A DNA stretch of 64,000 nt from Lama guanicoe (lineage: Eukaryota): contig MU056000.1 of NCBI GenBank assembly GCA_013239625.1, positions 11,917,175 through 11,981,174 of the forward strand. The letters run 5' to 3'. Shown in pieces: positions 53,401 to 64,000 of this stretch (positions within the stretch are counted from its first letter, which is position 1; each line of letters opens with the position of its first letter). The notes under the pieces are model-generated. The model was not told the origin of the DNA. It did not search any database and worked only from the letters and a program-made list of their open reading frames with translations. Made by a program: the position numbers and the translations under genes.

Positions 53401-56400
53401 AGAGGTTAGAGAGAGAGTGGATGAATGAGAGGATGAGAGAGAAATGGGGGGGGGGAACAAATAAACAAACAAACAAAAAACCACACGGGGCGCAGCAGCT
53501 CAGGGAGAGTCGTCCTGCTGGATCATCTCACCCACAGAAAACAGTGGATGAGATGATGTTGCTCTGGCCCACGAGCCAGAAGCCAGGACTCCCCCAGGAG
53601 CTCATTTTTATTTTCCTACTCAGAGTTCACTGGTGGTTTCACAAGAACAGCTAAAGAAGCATAAACAGACTTTTAATCCACTTCTGCCTGAAGGTCTTTC
53701 CTCCAAGTTTGGGCTGGTTCTTATTATACATTCTTACTAGGCTGCAAGGTGGCCAACCAGCCCCAGAAGCCAACTGAAACTTTAGTTGAAAGAGAAGTGT
53801 GGCTGCTGCAGAAAACTTCAGATATTCAAAGCAGCCTCTCTTTAAACATTGCAAGATGATGCTCCGTTCTCTCAGACACACGGTGGAGGCACTGTACTTC
53901 TTTCATCTTAACTCCAACCCATGGCTGACCCCTAGAGCTGAATCACTTTTTGTCCCCTTGTCTTAGGTTGAAAACTGGGCGAGTGGGACACTTCATTTCC
54001 TGTTTCTTCACATGTATGTATGGATTGAACTTGTGTGTGGCAAAGGCTATTCTCTCAGTAATTACTTTATTGCACTCTGGTCCACAAAGGATTTGAGGTC
54101 GCTTATAAAGATACATAGAAAACAGGGGGTGCAATGAACACCTGATGGGGCAGGGCCTGTGAATCCACCAGATGTATGTGTACAAAATGGCGCACCTTCT
54201 CCCAGGAGATGCCATCCCACACCAGAGCATGGGGCTTGGGGTCAGCGCCTGGGATGGATGCCAGCCCCCACTGGCTCTCTCAGCTGGATGCCTTGCACAC
54301 AACTCCTGAAGCTATGGGATGGGGGGGGTGGCCCTACAAAGGACTAAGGCTAAAAGGCCTGATGGGAGAATAAAATACGCAGTCCCAGGGGAAGAAGAGC
54401 ATACCGAAGGGCATTCTGGAGGATCCCATATGCTATCTGGAATGATGGTTTAGAAGATTCATGATGCCCAGAAGATTATAAAAAGCCGACTGGGCAAGAG
54501 ACATACATGTGCCCCGAATGCCCTCCTGTGGATACTCAGCTCACTGTCGGATGCATTGGACAGACATTCTCACTCCCCTACGAAGGGGTAAATGCTCTCG
54601 CTCAGCACAGGTCATTGGCGTGGTACCCACGCTCACTTGGGTTAAATCAATCCCAGGAAGGATCAAAACAACGTGAACCAAACACACACCCCTTGTGGCC
54701 CTATCCAAACATGAAGAGCACACACACCGTCTAGACCAGACCAACCAGGAGTGCCCCAATTCCGCACGCACCCCCGCGCAAATGCAGACTTGAGAACAGC
54801 ACTTACAGCTGATCCCTTTTATCTGTGCATGTGTCTACCTGGGTGAACAGGTACAGGGGAATATCTAGAAGGGCATTCATCCAAGGGTTGACTGATTATA
54901 TAAGGACTGGAGGTTTGGGGGTAATTTGTACTTTTTGCACTTTTATTTATTTATTTTTAATATTTAACAATGAATTATACCACTTTCACAAAGAGAATAA
55001 AGCCACCAAGAAAAGACCACCATCTAAAGAGAGTCAATGACCACCCATGCTGAGCAGCCTCCTTGTATATCATGACCGGCAATTGGACATTCACAAGGAT
55101 TAGACCACAGGTGGTCGGGATGTTTTCACTCAAACGTGACCTATTCTATATTGCTTAAGGAAGTGTACAACTTAATTAAATATTAACTATTTCTGAGCAC
55201 TTACAATGAGCCATTCACTAAGCTAAATATTTAATGTAGATTACCGTATTTATAAGACAAACCTATAAAGGAAGTACTATTGTCTTCATTTTATGGAAAA
55301 CAAAATGCAATTCAGAAAGGCCACCTAACTAGTCAGCGGTGAGGCTGGGATTTGCAGGCGGGATTGGGAACAGCTTTGCATCACTCCACAGACCGTGTCT
55401 GCAGTCACTCTTCGGAACAGTTGAAATAGTTAAGTGCTTACATCTAAAGAAGTGAGCTTCATCTAACAAGGAAGTTATTCTGTATAAATAAGTATATTCA
55501 TCAAGAGACTAGATCACTGGAGTGTTCCTCTGTTAGGAAGAGATGTCACTGGTCTGCAATTTTTTTAAGAGCAGAAGAGGGAGCCAAACTCAAATGTTTT
55601 ACTATAGATAACCTTTCCAATGATAACTGATAAAATTTCATAAAAACAAACAGTAGGTGAACATTTTTTCTCATTCTGGTAGTTTTAAAATAAAGCCTGC
55701 AAGTTCGATGACATTATTCCCAAGAATAAGTGGGGTTCATGTCCTCTCCCCTCAAACCTGGGTTCTTCTACTGTTTGACCAAGAGGACATGGTAGACCTG
55801 ATGCTTGGCCAGTTTCTGGACCCAGGCCTGTAACTGGCAGCTCATACTTCACACCTTCTGATCCAATCAACCCCTTAATGAGTAAAATTAAAGTGGTATC
55901 TCTCACTCTCACTTATGTGGCAAAATTATTTCGAGTAACAGAGGAATATTAATATATGTGGAGAAATCTAAAGGATAGAATATTTTGCAGGCATTAAAAA
56001 TGCATCCAAAATGTTTAATGCCATTGGGAAATTCTTACGAGAGAAAAAAAAAAGCAGGGTACAAAATTGTACATATTCTACATAATTATTGTAACTTTGC
56101 TAAGAAAATCTGTCCAAAGAAGTACTAGAAGAAACATAACGATCTTTTTTTTTTTAGGGGAGTAAGATTCCAATTCATCCTCTCTTCTTTATATTCATTT
56201 TTCTCTGTACTATTTTTGTTTCTCCAAATAAAGAGTTGTAACACCTTTTAGTGGGAGGACACCACTGTGTATGACACTGGCCCCTCAGGCAAGCTCGTGG
56301 CCTCACATACCTTCTGTGGGACTCAAGATTTCCAGTGAGGAGACACCAAGCGGACCTGGACACAGGTTTGCCCCTGAAGGGACAGAAGTCTGGAAAGAAG

Positions 56401-59400
56401 GACAGCCTGCAGGAGTGGGCTGTCCCTCTGGCAGGACAGCTTCTCTTGGCTGTCCTGGGACACCCTTTTTGTGGCCCGCCATACAGCAGCTGCAGCCCTC
56501 CTTGGCATTGGAAACCAAAGAGGCCTTCATCAGACTGTAGGGATGGCAAAGAATTAGTCACCCTGTCTTTATAAGAAATGAGCTTTCACAGGGCTTGATT
56601 ACCGGAGCTCACCGGGCAGCCGCGAGGGTTTGGGAAGCGCGTTGCTTGTTCCCTGGTGGTTAAGATATTTCACACTAAACAAGCTCTCTCGCGACAAGGA
56701 CAGACTGCATTGTTCTCCGTTTTCTTAATCAATTCCAAATATTAGCCCAGCTGGGTCAAAGTAGGATTTCAAAAGTGGTAAACACTGTCTACGCCCGAGA
56801 GATATTTCCCACAACTCTGTTGGAGGGTGAAAGAAAAATAAATCATTAATTTCTTTGACAAACCTTTACTTTGGGAATAACATAAAAGAAGAAGATGGAG
56901 CACAGTTAGAATTAAACGCTCACTCTTGCATCACTTGTGTGCTGGGGCTGGCCCCTGCGGGTTCACAAGAACCAGTTTCGAGCATCTCTTCCAAACCCCA
57001 CTTTCATAGGTGGCTTGAAATGGACCACAGCGGGAGTATTTACACCAGAGGAATCAAGGAATGCTGAAGATCAGAGAGCCGGTTGTTCAATATCTGCCAA
57101 CACACCACTGCCTACAAGGCCCAAGAAGGGGTTCCCCTACCTCTCTTATTCACCTTCAGCCACCCTCTCCTTTCTCTTCGCGTCCCGACCTGACCAGACG
57201 GATTTTCTGAGCGTCAACCCCACGGAGCGCATCACCACCACACACCTGCCACAGAAGACGTGTCTAACTGCACAGGCGCAGGGGTCAGCAGCCTGCCTTC
57301 AAACAGCTACTCCTTTACTTACTGACTGTGTGAACCCTGTTTATTCACCACACCTCTCTGTGACTATTTCAAAACCAATGGCAACACGAGGACTTTTGCA
57401 GGCATAGGAGAGCTGCAATATGTGGGGACCCACCTCAGCTGAAGGTCCAGGCACACAGAGCTGGGGCGTGCTGGTCAGACTTCTTTGTGAGGCTTTTCTT
57501 AGCCTCACTGTATATTTTAAAGAAACAGTATTATCAAAGCATAGTCTTCATCAACAAGGAAAAATTAAGTCTATAATTGGGCCAACCTGGATTATTAAAA
57601 ACATCTAGTTTAAAGAATATATTTAAACCAATTTCTTTTAAATCTTCCAAGAATAAAATTGCTAATGCCATTTGCAAATACTAAAGAGGCCACGTGCTTT
57701 TAGAAAGCTTTGGTTTTCTCAAATACAATAGCCCTGGGCATATCCAGAACCCAAAGGTACAGCATCCTCCCCACTCCTAGCAGAGCAGTCAGGCCTGTGG
57801 GTAGCTGAGATTCCTACTACAGAGCTCCAGCTTTAGAGGCTCAGTGGCCTTTGGCAAACTTTTGAATCTTCACTATGTTATATGAAAAGTCAGATGGCCA
57901 ACTTCAGAGAGCCCTGCATTAGCAGCCAGCGGTTTGCTTCTGAAATGCTAAAACTGCACACTGCTCTTTTGGTAATAGTCTACTTAGCAGGAAATATTAA
58001 ATCTGGGTAAAGCATAAGCAGATGCTTCTGAGCAATGTGGAAAACAACTGCTCTCTGCAGTTTCCAAGAGGGCATCCCCTCAGTGTCCTTTCCCCTGTCC
58101 CATGGTTGGCAGGACACCAGGCCCATCCTTCCTCCCCATGGACTTCTGAGACACTTGTCCAAAAAAACCATACCAGAGCCTGTCACACACTCAGAGCCCA
58201 CACCGCTGGGCCAGACTCTCTGTCTGTTCTCTCTCTTACAAAGTAAAGGCCCTGACGTGAGTCCAAGTACCCAGGACAGGTCTACACCCCCACGTGGGGG
58301 ACCCAGGTACCCGTCACCTGAGGAGTGATCCCAGACTGCTCTGTGGCTTCCAGGATAGCAGCCCTTCTCCTTGGATTTTCTCGATGTGTCCTTCATACTG
58401 ATTTCTGAAATGCTTATCCAGCTACTTCCCAACGTACAAACTCAAGTTATGCTCCTAAAGTTATTAGCATTATCACACCTCAGAATCCATGTTTCCATGA
58501 GACGTTAAAAATGGTGCTAAGATCCAATTCATGAGAGCACATATTACCTCGGTATGTCTCTCAAGTGTTTACTGAGGTGGCCCCACGGCCCCTAGCCGCT
58601 CGCTCAGGACCTCTCATACCCTGGAATGACATCCAGCCTCCTACTGCGGCCCGTGAGGCACTGTGGGCCTGGCCACCCCCTTTCCTAGTCACGGCTCTCT
58701 TTTCCTGCCTTTCTGCTCCTAAGAGGCCGTCTCAGGATTTCCACCCAAGCCCAGTCCTCTCCGTGCAGTACACTCTCCTTACACCTCACACGACCAGCCC
58801 CTTCTAGTCTCAGCTCTGAGAGCACGTCTGCAGAGAGCACGTCTTAACTACTCTTTCAGGTAATTCCCCACATTACCATTTTTATTTTTATCTTTTCTGT
58901 CCTTCTGATCAGAAATACCCTTTACTTATTCTTTTTAACTTGTGCCGGCCTCCCCCATTCAGACTGTGCGCTCCTTAGAAGCGGAGGCCCAGACCATCAC
59001 CCCATCACCAGGCACAGCCACTGGCTTGGATGCAGCTTGATAAACACATCCCAAGCGAGCCAGGGGACGCGGGGACGTAGTTATCTTGTGTGGAGGTGCT
59101 GCTGAGATGAGACACATTCAGGGCCCGGTCTTGGAAGCCTAGGATCCCCCTGCTTCAGGGCAGCTGGAAGAGGCATCGCCTCACTTATCCACTCCACTCA
59201 GGTGGGACCCGAAATGAGGTGGGATGAAGAAGCAGACGTCTGGCCTGGGTATAATTTTCCTCACATTTCTGGATCCTGTCTGCTTCCCGGGTCGCTGTCT
59301 CTACTTTCTTCTTCTTCGGCACCGGATGCTGCCTGCTTGGGCTTCTGCCTTCCTGATCTGGCACAGGAATGACATTTGGTGGGGGAGGGCAGGGGTAATT

Positions 59401-61969
59401 AGGTTTATTTATTTATTTAACGGACTTACTGGGGATCGAACCCATGACCTCGTGCATGCTAGGCATGTGCTCTACCACTGAGCAGTCCCCTCCCCTCCCC
59501 TCTCCTCCTCTCCATGGCATTCTTTCACACCCTCTCCCCTCATCTCCTGACCCTGACACTGGCACAAAGTCTCCGGAGGGTCTTACCAAGAGAGTTCATT
59601 ATTGGCAACAAGATAAACGGCCAGGAGGAGGGGCTCTCCTCTGCTTCCCTCCTCGCCCCCACCCCACAGCTGTGTTCACGCTCATCCATTTGGTGAATAT
59701 GAAACCGTGCGTCAGAGACGCTGGACCACCGCGCAGGAGGCCGGCCACGCAGGCGGTGCGGGAAGCACAGTGCGGGAGCCCTAACGCAGCGGCCCAGTAC
59801 TTGGTTCCCACTGATTAAACGCAGAGTTAGCTCGCAGCCAGTTACAGAGCAGTTCGGGTCAGCAGATTCCAAAACAGGACAGAAGTAACATGAAGAAGCC
59901 CGTATGTGAGCCTCAACCAGAACCTGCTACAATCAAGCTCCAAGAACACGTTCTGTCAGCAGATAGGAGCCTTATAATAGTTACTTCTCTTTCAGGCATG
60001 GCTTGCACGAGGGAGTTGTCCAGTGACATTTAATCTCAAATTTAGCAAGAGGAAAATTCCCTCACAAGTATGATATTTTACTTCCAGCCTGGCTCTAAAC
60101 ATTCCCCCTGGCTAGGGTGCCGTTTCTAACTTCCTGCACAGATGGGAGAAGAAAAGCAAGTGCACGGGGCAAAGCATATTCTATAGAAAATCACCAACTG
60201 CTGAGAGCGGGAGTTACCTCATCAGAATGAAAAAGTGGGGGCAGGGGTACCCTACTTCAAACGAGTGAGATGCTTCTCACTTTCAGCAAATGTATTTTTA
60301 GTTTCTGGTATAATAATGATTAGATATGTGCCTATTTTATATACATACATCCATATATATTTTTATATATATGCCTTCTTATCTGTTTATCTTTTGTAAC
60401 CAGTACAATATTCTTAGGAAAAAACTGGTCTGTTTAGTTTACATCACAAACTGTTAGTTCAAAATATTTATAATTGTCTATAATTAATTAACTTAATTAC
60501 TCTTTAATTTAACTGTGATAATGTTATGTTTCATTAAGCAACCCTTATTACATTTTTGCCAAATCTCTCCCTTCAGCCTGTCCCCTAAATATAAAGTGGT
60601 TTAAAAATACATTCCATTCAACAAGTATTTATTAAAAATACCTATTCTGTGCAAACATCTATGCAGAGAGTTGGTGGGAAAGCCATGATGTAAAGTGAAA
60701 AAGAGAAAGGCCTGCTTTCAGAAATGTTACAATGTCATGAGGGGACACATAAATACTGGTAGAGCCCCCATCATCTCAAACCCTAACTGGCATTTAACCT
60801 TCTCTGAAAACGTCTTCTTAGCTATTTAATTAGTCCATGTCCTAACTCTAGGCACTTGTACGAACATCATCTTCAAGCAGTTGATTTAATGTTTCATTTT
60901 ATATAGAAAGTTCGTTTGTTATTCAATGAAATGTGAACTTAACATCCCCTTTGATGGACTGGGAAGGAATCTGGAAGAAAATGAAAACTAGGAAACTAAA
61001 GAGAAAAGTAGCTTTTAAGGAAACGATTACAACTGATTAGAGTCCACACACACACACTATACAACCACGGCTGAAAAGGGATGCTCACACAAGGACGGAA
61101 AAATCACTGTGGTGTTCCTATTCCTTGAGAGTTACCAGTTTCCACTTTCTTTGACAATAAAATCGTCAATAACCTCTTGTTCTTTTTTTAAACAGCTTTC
61201 TTTCTACTATATATATATATAGTAGATGTGCATATATATATACATCTCCAAATTTCAGTGACCCTAGTGAGAATTCCAGTGACACCAGTTCATACAACTT
61301 TTGTGAACACAGCAGTGGGGCTAGAAATGGAAACTTTCGATGTGGACGTAGTTATGCTCATATTAACAGACATAATCGCCTGCCTCCTTTGTCACCTCTA
61401 TTGCCCCCTTCTTAGAGCCAGATTACTAATAAAAACATCGACACAACTCATGTACTGCATATGGGAGCCCCAAGGATCACATTTTCAAAGGTAAAAACTG
61501 TGGTTAAAAAATCATTGCAATAGTAAAATGGTCTATTGCAATATATTGGTCTAAGAGTTCACCTTTACAAATGTTCAACAGGTCTTTAAAATGCGAGCAT
61601 TTTACAAAATGTTCACTCGCTTAGATTTCTAACGACTACCATCTAAAGTTAAAACTCAAACATCAAGAAATTCAAGGAGACTTTACAGGGCGTAAGAGGA
61701 AACACTTTTTAATAATTTCAGGCCATCACTTCCTCATTCAAGAAAAACAATAGCATATGTTTCTAAGAATATATTCAGTTAATTTTTTGTCTCTCTCTTC
61801 ATGCTAAAGAAAATTCCATTTCTATTTTTTTAATTTTAATTTCAACTGCCTTTTACATTAGTCAATAATATTTTTTAAAAGATAATTAGTAAATGAAATA
61901 GACTCCAGAAAAAGTAAATATATATCATAATTACCTTTTGCCTGGTCCAAAGTCTTCACCTTCAGGCAT
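26365..61969 (-). CDS. RETREG1: RETREG1 (FAM134B) reticulophagy regulator 1, short isoform 2, 7 coding exons, 356 aa
   Basis: join(61969-61935,35834-35708,33144-33060,30387-30250,29491-29427,29189-29063,26858-26365) = 1071 nt, open frame throughout. Encodes part of the reticulon-homology domain, the LIR motif DDFELL and C-terminal [10 protein letters not shown]. Confidence 0.95.
27635..27771 (-). mobile_element. tRNA-derived SINE (camelid-type) with target-site duplication
   Basis: Reverse complement reads GGGGAGGGTACAGCTCAGTGGTAGAGCGTGTGCTTAGCATGCACAAGGTCCTGGGTTCAATCCCCAGTACCTCC (A/B boxes). TSD gaattcttcag(g/t)ttaa at 27619-27634 and 27772-27787. Confidence 0.9.
28590..28990 (-). mobile_element. 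L1 3'UTR fragment (L1M-type)
   Basis: ttgagatataattcatatactataaaatttacccttttaaagtgtaca...tatggatttgcctgttctggac.ttc.catataaatggaat. Confidence 0.8.
29063..29189 (-). CDS. RETREG1: RETREG1 exon 8
   Basis: acacag|[51 protein letters not shown]|gtatgc; 127 nt. Confidence 0.95.
29427..29491 (-). CDS. RETREG1: RETREG1 exon 7
   Basis: caacag|[32 protein letters not shown]|gtatct; 65 nt. Confidence 0.95.
29660..29845. mobile_element. MER5A hAT-Charlie element
   Basis: caaagtgt-like start, accagcagcatcagcatcactggga...tgcaaatt...gaatcagaaa...cccagcaatctgtg. Confidence 0.8.
30250..30387 (-). CDS. RETREG1: RETREG1 exon 6
   Basis: tttcag|[56 protein letters not shown]|gtaggt; 138 nt. Confidence 0.95.
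31370..32740 (-). mobile_element. Old L1 3' region, interrupted by a solo LTR at 31531-32161
   Basis: ataaattgcacatatttaaagcatacaatttgatg... (31370-31530) resumes at 32162 with typical antisense L1 3'UTR/ORF2 sequence. Confidence 0.8.
31531..32161 (+). mobile_element. Solo ERV LTR (631 bp, TG...CA, 6-bp TSD ctaatc; class II/betaretrovirus-like)
   Basis: Starts TGCGGGGGGC, ends GGCTCCAACA; ctaatc at 31525-31530 and 32162-32167; TATAAA 32001-32006; AATAAA 32019-32024. Confidence 0.85.
33060..33144 (-). CDS. RETREG1: RETREG1 exon 5
   Basis: ttctag|[34 protein letters not shown] (hydrophobic RHD hairpin); CTGT|gtaagt; 85 nt. Confidence 0.95.
33966..34092 (+). mobile_element. tRNA-derived SINE (camelid-type) with target-site duplication
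   Basis: GGGGAGGGCATAACTCAAGTGGTAGAGCACATGCTTAGCACGTAGGAGGTCTTGGGTTCAGTCCCCAGTACCTCC plus A-rich tail. TSD aagggaattt(ca/tg)aaacca at 33946-33963 and 34093-34110. Confidence 0.9.
35162..35392 (-). mobile_element. L1 3'-terminal fragment (cetartiodactyl type)
   Basis: ttttaattgaagcatagttgatttacaatg...gtattgaatatagttccctgtgctgtacagtagg. Confidence 0.8.
35708..35834 (-). CDS. RETREG1: RETREG1 exon (exon 4 of the long isoform)
   Basis: ctttag|[49 protein letters not shown]; ends AAG|gcaagt (GC donor); 127 nt. Confidence 0.93.
36434..36617. mobile_element. Tigger2/MER28-like TcMar MITE
   Basis: Imperfect terminal inverted repeats cagctgatccctgcaaaacac ... gagttgttcaagggtcaact. Confidence 0.65.
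37198..37624 (+). mobile_element. Relatively young 5'-truncated L1 3' end
   Basis: ttctaagtgaagtaagccagaaa...gctcatatgtggaatctaaaa...ctgtatagcacagggaaatat...aataaaaaatgttaaaaaa; probable TSD aattca(g/a)tttc at 37190-37200 and 37623-37633. Confidence 0.85.
38945..39500 (-). mobile_element. L1 3'UTR fragment
   Basis: cagctttattg.gat.tagttgacaa...ctctggtaaccacaaatctg.tct.tttttctatgagttt. Confidence 0.75.
41391..41450. repeat. (CA)n microsatellite
   Basis: Long, nearly perfect CA run seen directly. Confidence 0.95.
47386..47946 (+). mobile_element. ERV1 LTR (MER34/MER39-like)
   Basis: ttgccatcccctaattgtctctttggcat.ggattattttgagcta...aataaactt...ttttctcctgtt.atctgtct...gaagaacctagaagggtagaggaaaatttcttcctcc. 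Confidence 0.75.
50366..50825. mobile_element. MLT1-type MaLR LTR
   Basis: cccactggccagaacgcagtcacatggc...tgcaagagagtctaggaaatgta. Confidence 0.6.
50985..51195. mobile_element. MER58A-like hAT element
   Basis: aaagggccag...actcagctctaccactacagc...cgttccaataaaa...ggatttggcc. Confidence 0.65.
59376..59496 (-). mobile_element. tRNA-derived SINE (camelid-type)
   Basis: Reverse complement GGGAGGGGACTGCTCAGTGGTAGAGCACATGCCTAGCATGCACGAGGTCATGGGTTCGATCCCCAGTA followed by an aaataaataaataaacctaattacccc tail. Confidence 0.85.
61935..61969 (-). CDS. RETREG1: RETREG1 isoform-2 alternative first coding exon ([12 protein letters not shown])
   Basis: gcagcaATG CCT GAA GGT GAA GAC TTT GGA CCA GGC AAA AG|gtaatt. 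Phase 2 fits the next exon (AG|C TGG = S W). Matches the recalled FAM134B-2 N-terminus. Confidence 0.92.
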
Positions 61970-62099
61970 TGCTGCCCTTTAAAGAAATAATAACAAAGTG
62001 GAGATGGTTTCTTCTCCTCGCTGACGGTGACTGTCAGGAGGGGGAATACCCCAGTAAGTCAAGTTCTTTCCTTTTGGGAGAAAAGCGCTCCTCCCTTAC

Positions 62100-62260
62100 T
62101 CAGAAAGTAGGTGTTTACAAATGTCTGAAGCGCCTGCCTGCCTTGAATGAAGCTCAGAGCCGGGTTATCAGGACTGTCCCCTTCTAAAAATAAATAGGTC
62201 ACCTCTTCCTCCTGGGACCGTGACAGGCAGCTGGGAGCAAGCGCTGCCCAGCTGCCCAGC
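62100..62260 (-). promoter_or_regulatory. RETREG1: Proximal promoter of RETREG1 isoform 2
   Basis: Just upstream of the isoform-2 ATG, with no upstream ATG in 61970-62160. Forkhead TGTTTAC 62112-62118, GATA TTATCA 62165-62170, MEF2-type CTAAAAATAA 62184-62193, nuclear-receptor element TAAATAGGTCA 62191-62201. Confidence 0.6.
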
Positions 62261-64000
62261 ATTTTCTGCCCAGTCGTGTGAGAAGGTGTCACCACCCAGC
62301 GATTAACCTTTCCTGGGATGACTTCACCTAGACCAGCCTCCCCTTTCTCTTCCCCCTTTTTTTTTTTTCCTGGCATGACAGGGCACCCCACCGAAGGACG
62401 GCAGGGCTTGAAACTCAGCCTGGGCTATCAGATCTCCAGCTCACAGGAGGGGCTCGGGGGTGGAGATCAAGACGGGCAGCACCTGCCAGAGCCGAGAGGC
62501 GCGTCTGTGCTGGAAACGCACAGCCACTCAGCAAAAACATCCCTTACTTAACAACAACAACAAAAAGGGGTGGAGGGAGCAGCGAAAGAGGGGATGTCAA
62601 TAAATAACTGGGTTTTGAGGGATACTGTTTTGCCAGAAAGTCTTTCTTTGGGTCATCTAGATGTCTCAACTCAGAAGTCAGCACACCAGTGTGGGTCCAT
62701 GTGTTCCTTTGTCTAACGTGGCTTCCTCTGAGGTGCCACCGCTCTGCCGTCAGGGAGCAGCTGGACACTGGAGACTCAAACATTTTTATAGCTCGGTCCT
62801 TCACTGCCTACAAGTCACCCATTACCAGGGACCCTCATTCTGCTTGTTTTCAAAAAAGGCTGAGGAAAATGTTACTGAGATCCCTTTAGGAATATATCCT
62901 GAAAGCTTTGCATAAAAACTTGGAACCATTTTTCTTTTTCCAGATTGGGAATGTTAAGTAAGGCCATAAGCAAGATCTAATTATTGAGAAACAATATACT
63001 TTTCTTTTCAAAACATGTGTTCCATGGTTATAGGATTAGTCATAGCTAATCCTAGCCACGTATCTGTATTCCATGTATACTTCGCATTTATATGTGTGAA
63101 AGTGATTTCTAGCGCATTAAAAAATTGAAAAGTCAAAACAAATATCATGTACTTTTCTTGAGACAGCGTTCACTATTTTGTGACACATGTGTCGCGGCAA
63201 TTGGTGACAATTCTTTAATAGTTCACACAAGAGGTGAAGTTTTAGACTTCAAGCTCTAAGGCTAAGTGGCTGCAGAGGCTCAAACACACAACTCAAACAC
63301 TGCTGACCTTGAAAGAAAGCAGTCATAAGCAGGGTTCCGAAGATCAAGGCATGCCCGAGCCTCTCAGAACTGGAGCAATGTGCTGTGTCATTAGAAATTC
63401 CGGGTCTGAAGAAGGGAAAACTTGAGGCACTGACAACGTTATCCACGAGAATATTTCACCACTTCTACGTAACCTGATCCACAAAAATGCAAATTCTAAG
63501 ATCTAATTCTCAGTTCTAACAATTCTATCCCATTAACTTTACCTTTTTTGGTCCTTTTAAGCTCCGACTGCGCTGCTCCTTGACTACCTACAGCAGCTGT
63601 TGTTGAACCTAGCTGCTGCTGACGACAGAACTGACTACTATATCCCTGAAACCTGCCTCTCAATTTTAAAGGACAATTGGCTGTGCTGTGCTGTAGGAGA
63701 TGGATTATCCATTACTACGATCAAATATGTCCTTTACTTTCCTCTAAAAATACTTCCTTTAAGCACTCCTTCATGCATTTTTAAGTTACTTGCTCCAACC
63801 ATAAATTCCCCTATAGGTATATTTGTGTTAATTTCTGAAATTCACAAGGACAAGAAGGGGAAACAGGACGGCACAGATGTCAAAAACCAGAAGGAGGACA
63901 CAGTGGGTGGCTTCCTTGCCTGAATGACACCTGCGGTCCTGTGGGGAATTAGGGTGCCAAGGGTTCCCTCATCACTGCTGACCCAAAATCTACTGGGCTT

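Noticed and set aside
58818..58844. Direct repeat gagagcacgtct x2
   Set aside because: Small slippage duplication inside an L2-like region; no sign of function.
1..64000. CRISPR array, operon or prokaryotic defence system
   Set aside because: Sequence is intron-containing mammalian DNA with no regularly spaced repeats or prokaryotic gene structure.

Overview
Mammalian genomic DNA, most likely from a camelid (inferred from the tRNA-derived SINEs and L1 3' ends). It is syntenic with human 5p15.1. Two spliced genes lie in tandem on the minus strand. (1) RETREG1/FAM134B, an ER-phagy receptor. Only the short isoform (FAM134B-2) is complete here: an alternative first exon at 61969-61935 ([11 protein letters not shown]) plus six shared exons from 35834 to 26365, 1071 nt = 356 aa, with one GC-AG intron and the DDFELL LIR motif. 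(2) ZNF622, the Rei1-type cytoplasmic pre-60S maturation factor: six exons from 18590 to 10541 behind a CpG-island promoter. The rest is intron or intergenic DNA rich in L1/L2/MIR/SINE/LTR/MER elements. The main anomaly is ZNF622 exon 1. It lacks about 60 codons of the acidic linker and the ancestral splice donor, runs into a G-quadruplex-type G tract and stops at 18108. Removing one G from that tract restores an open frame to a strong GTAAGT donor in the correct phase. I found no evidence for a wholly new biological system. Comparisons with human proteins and repeat-family names are from memory, not from alignments.
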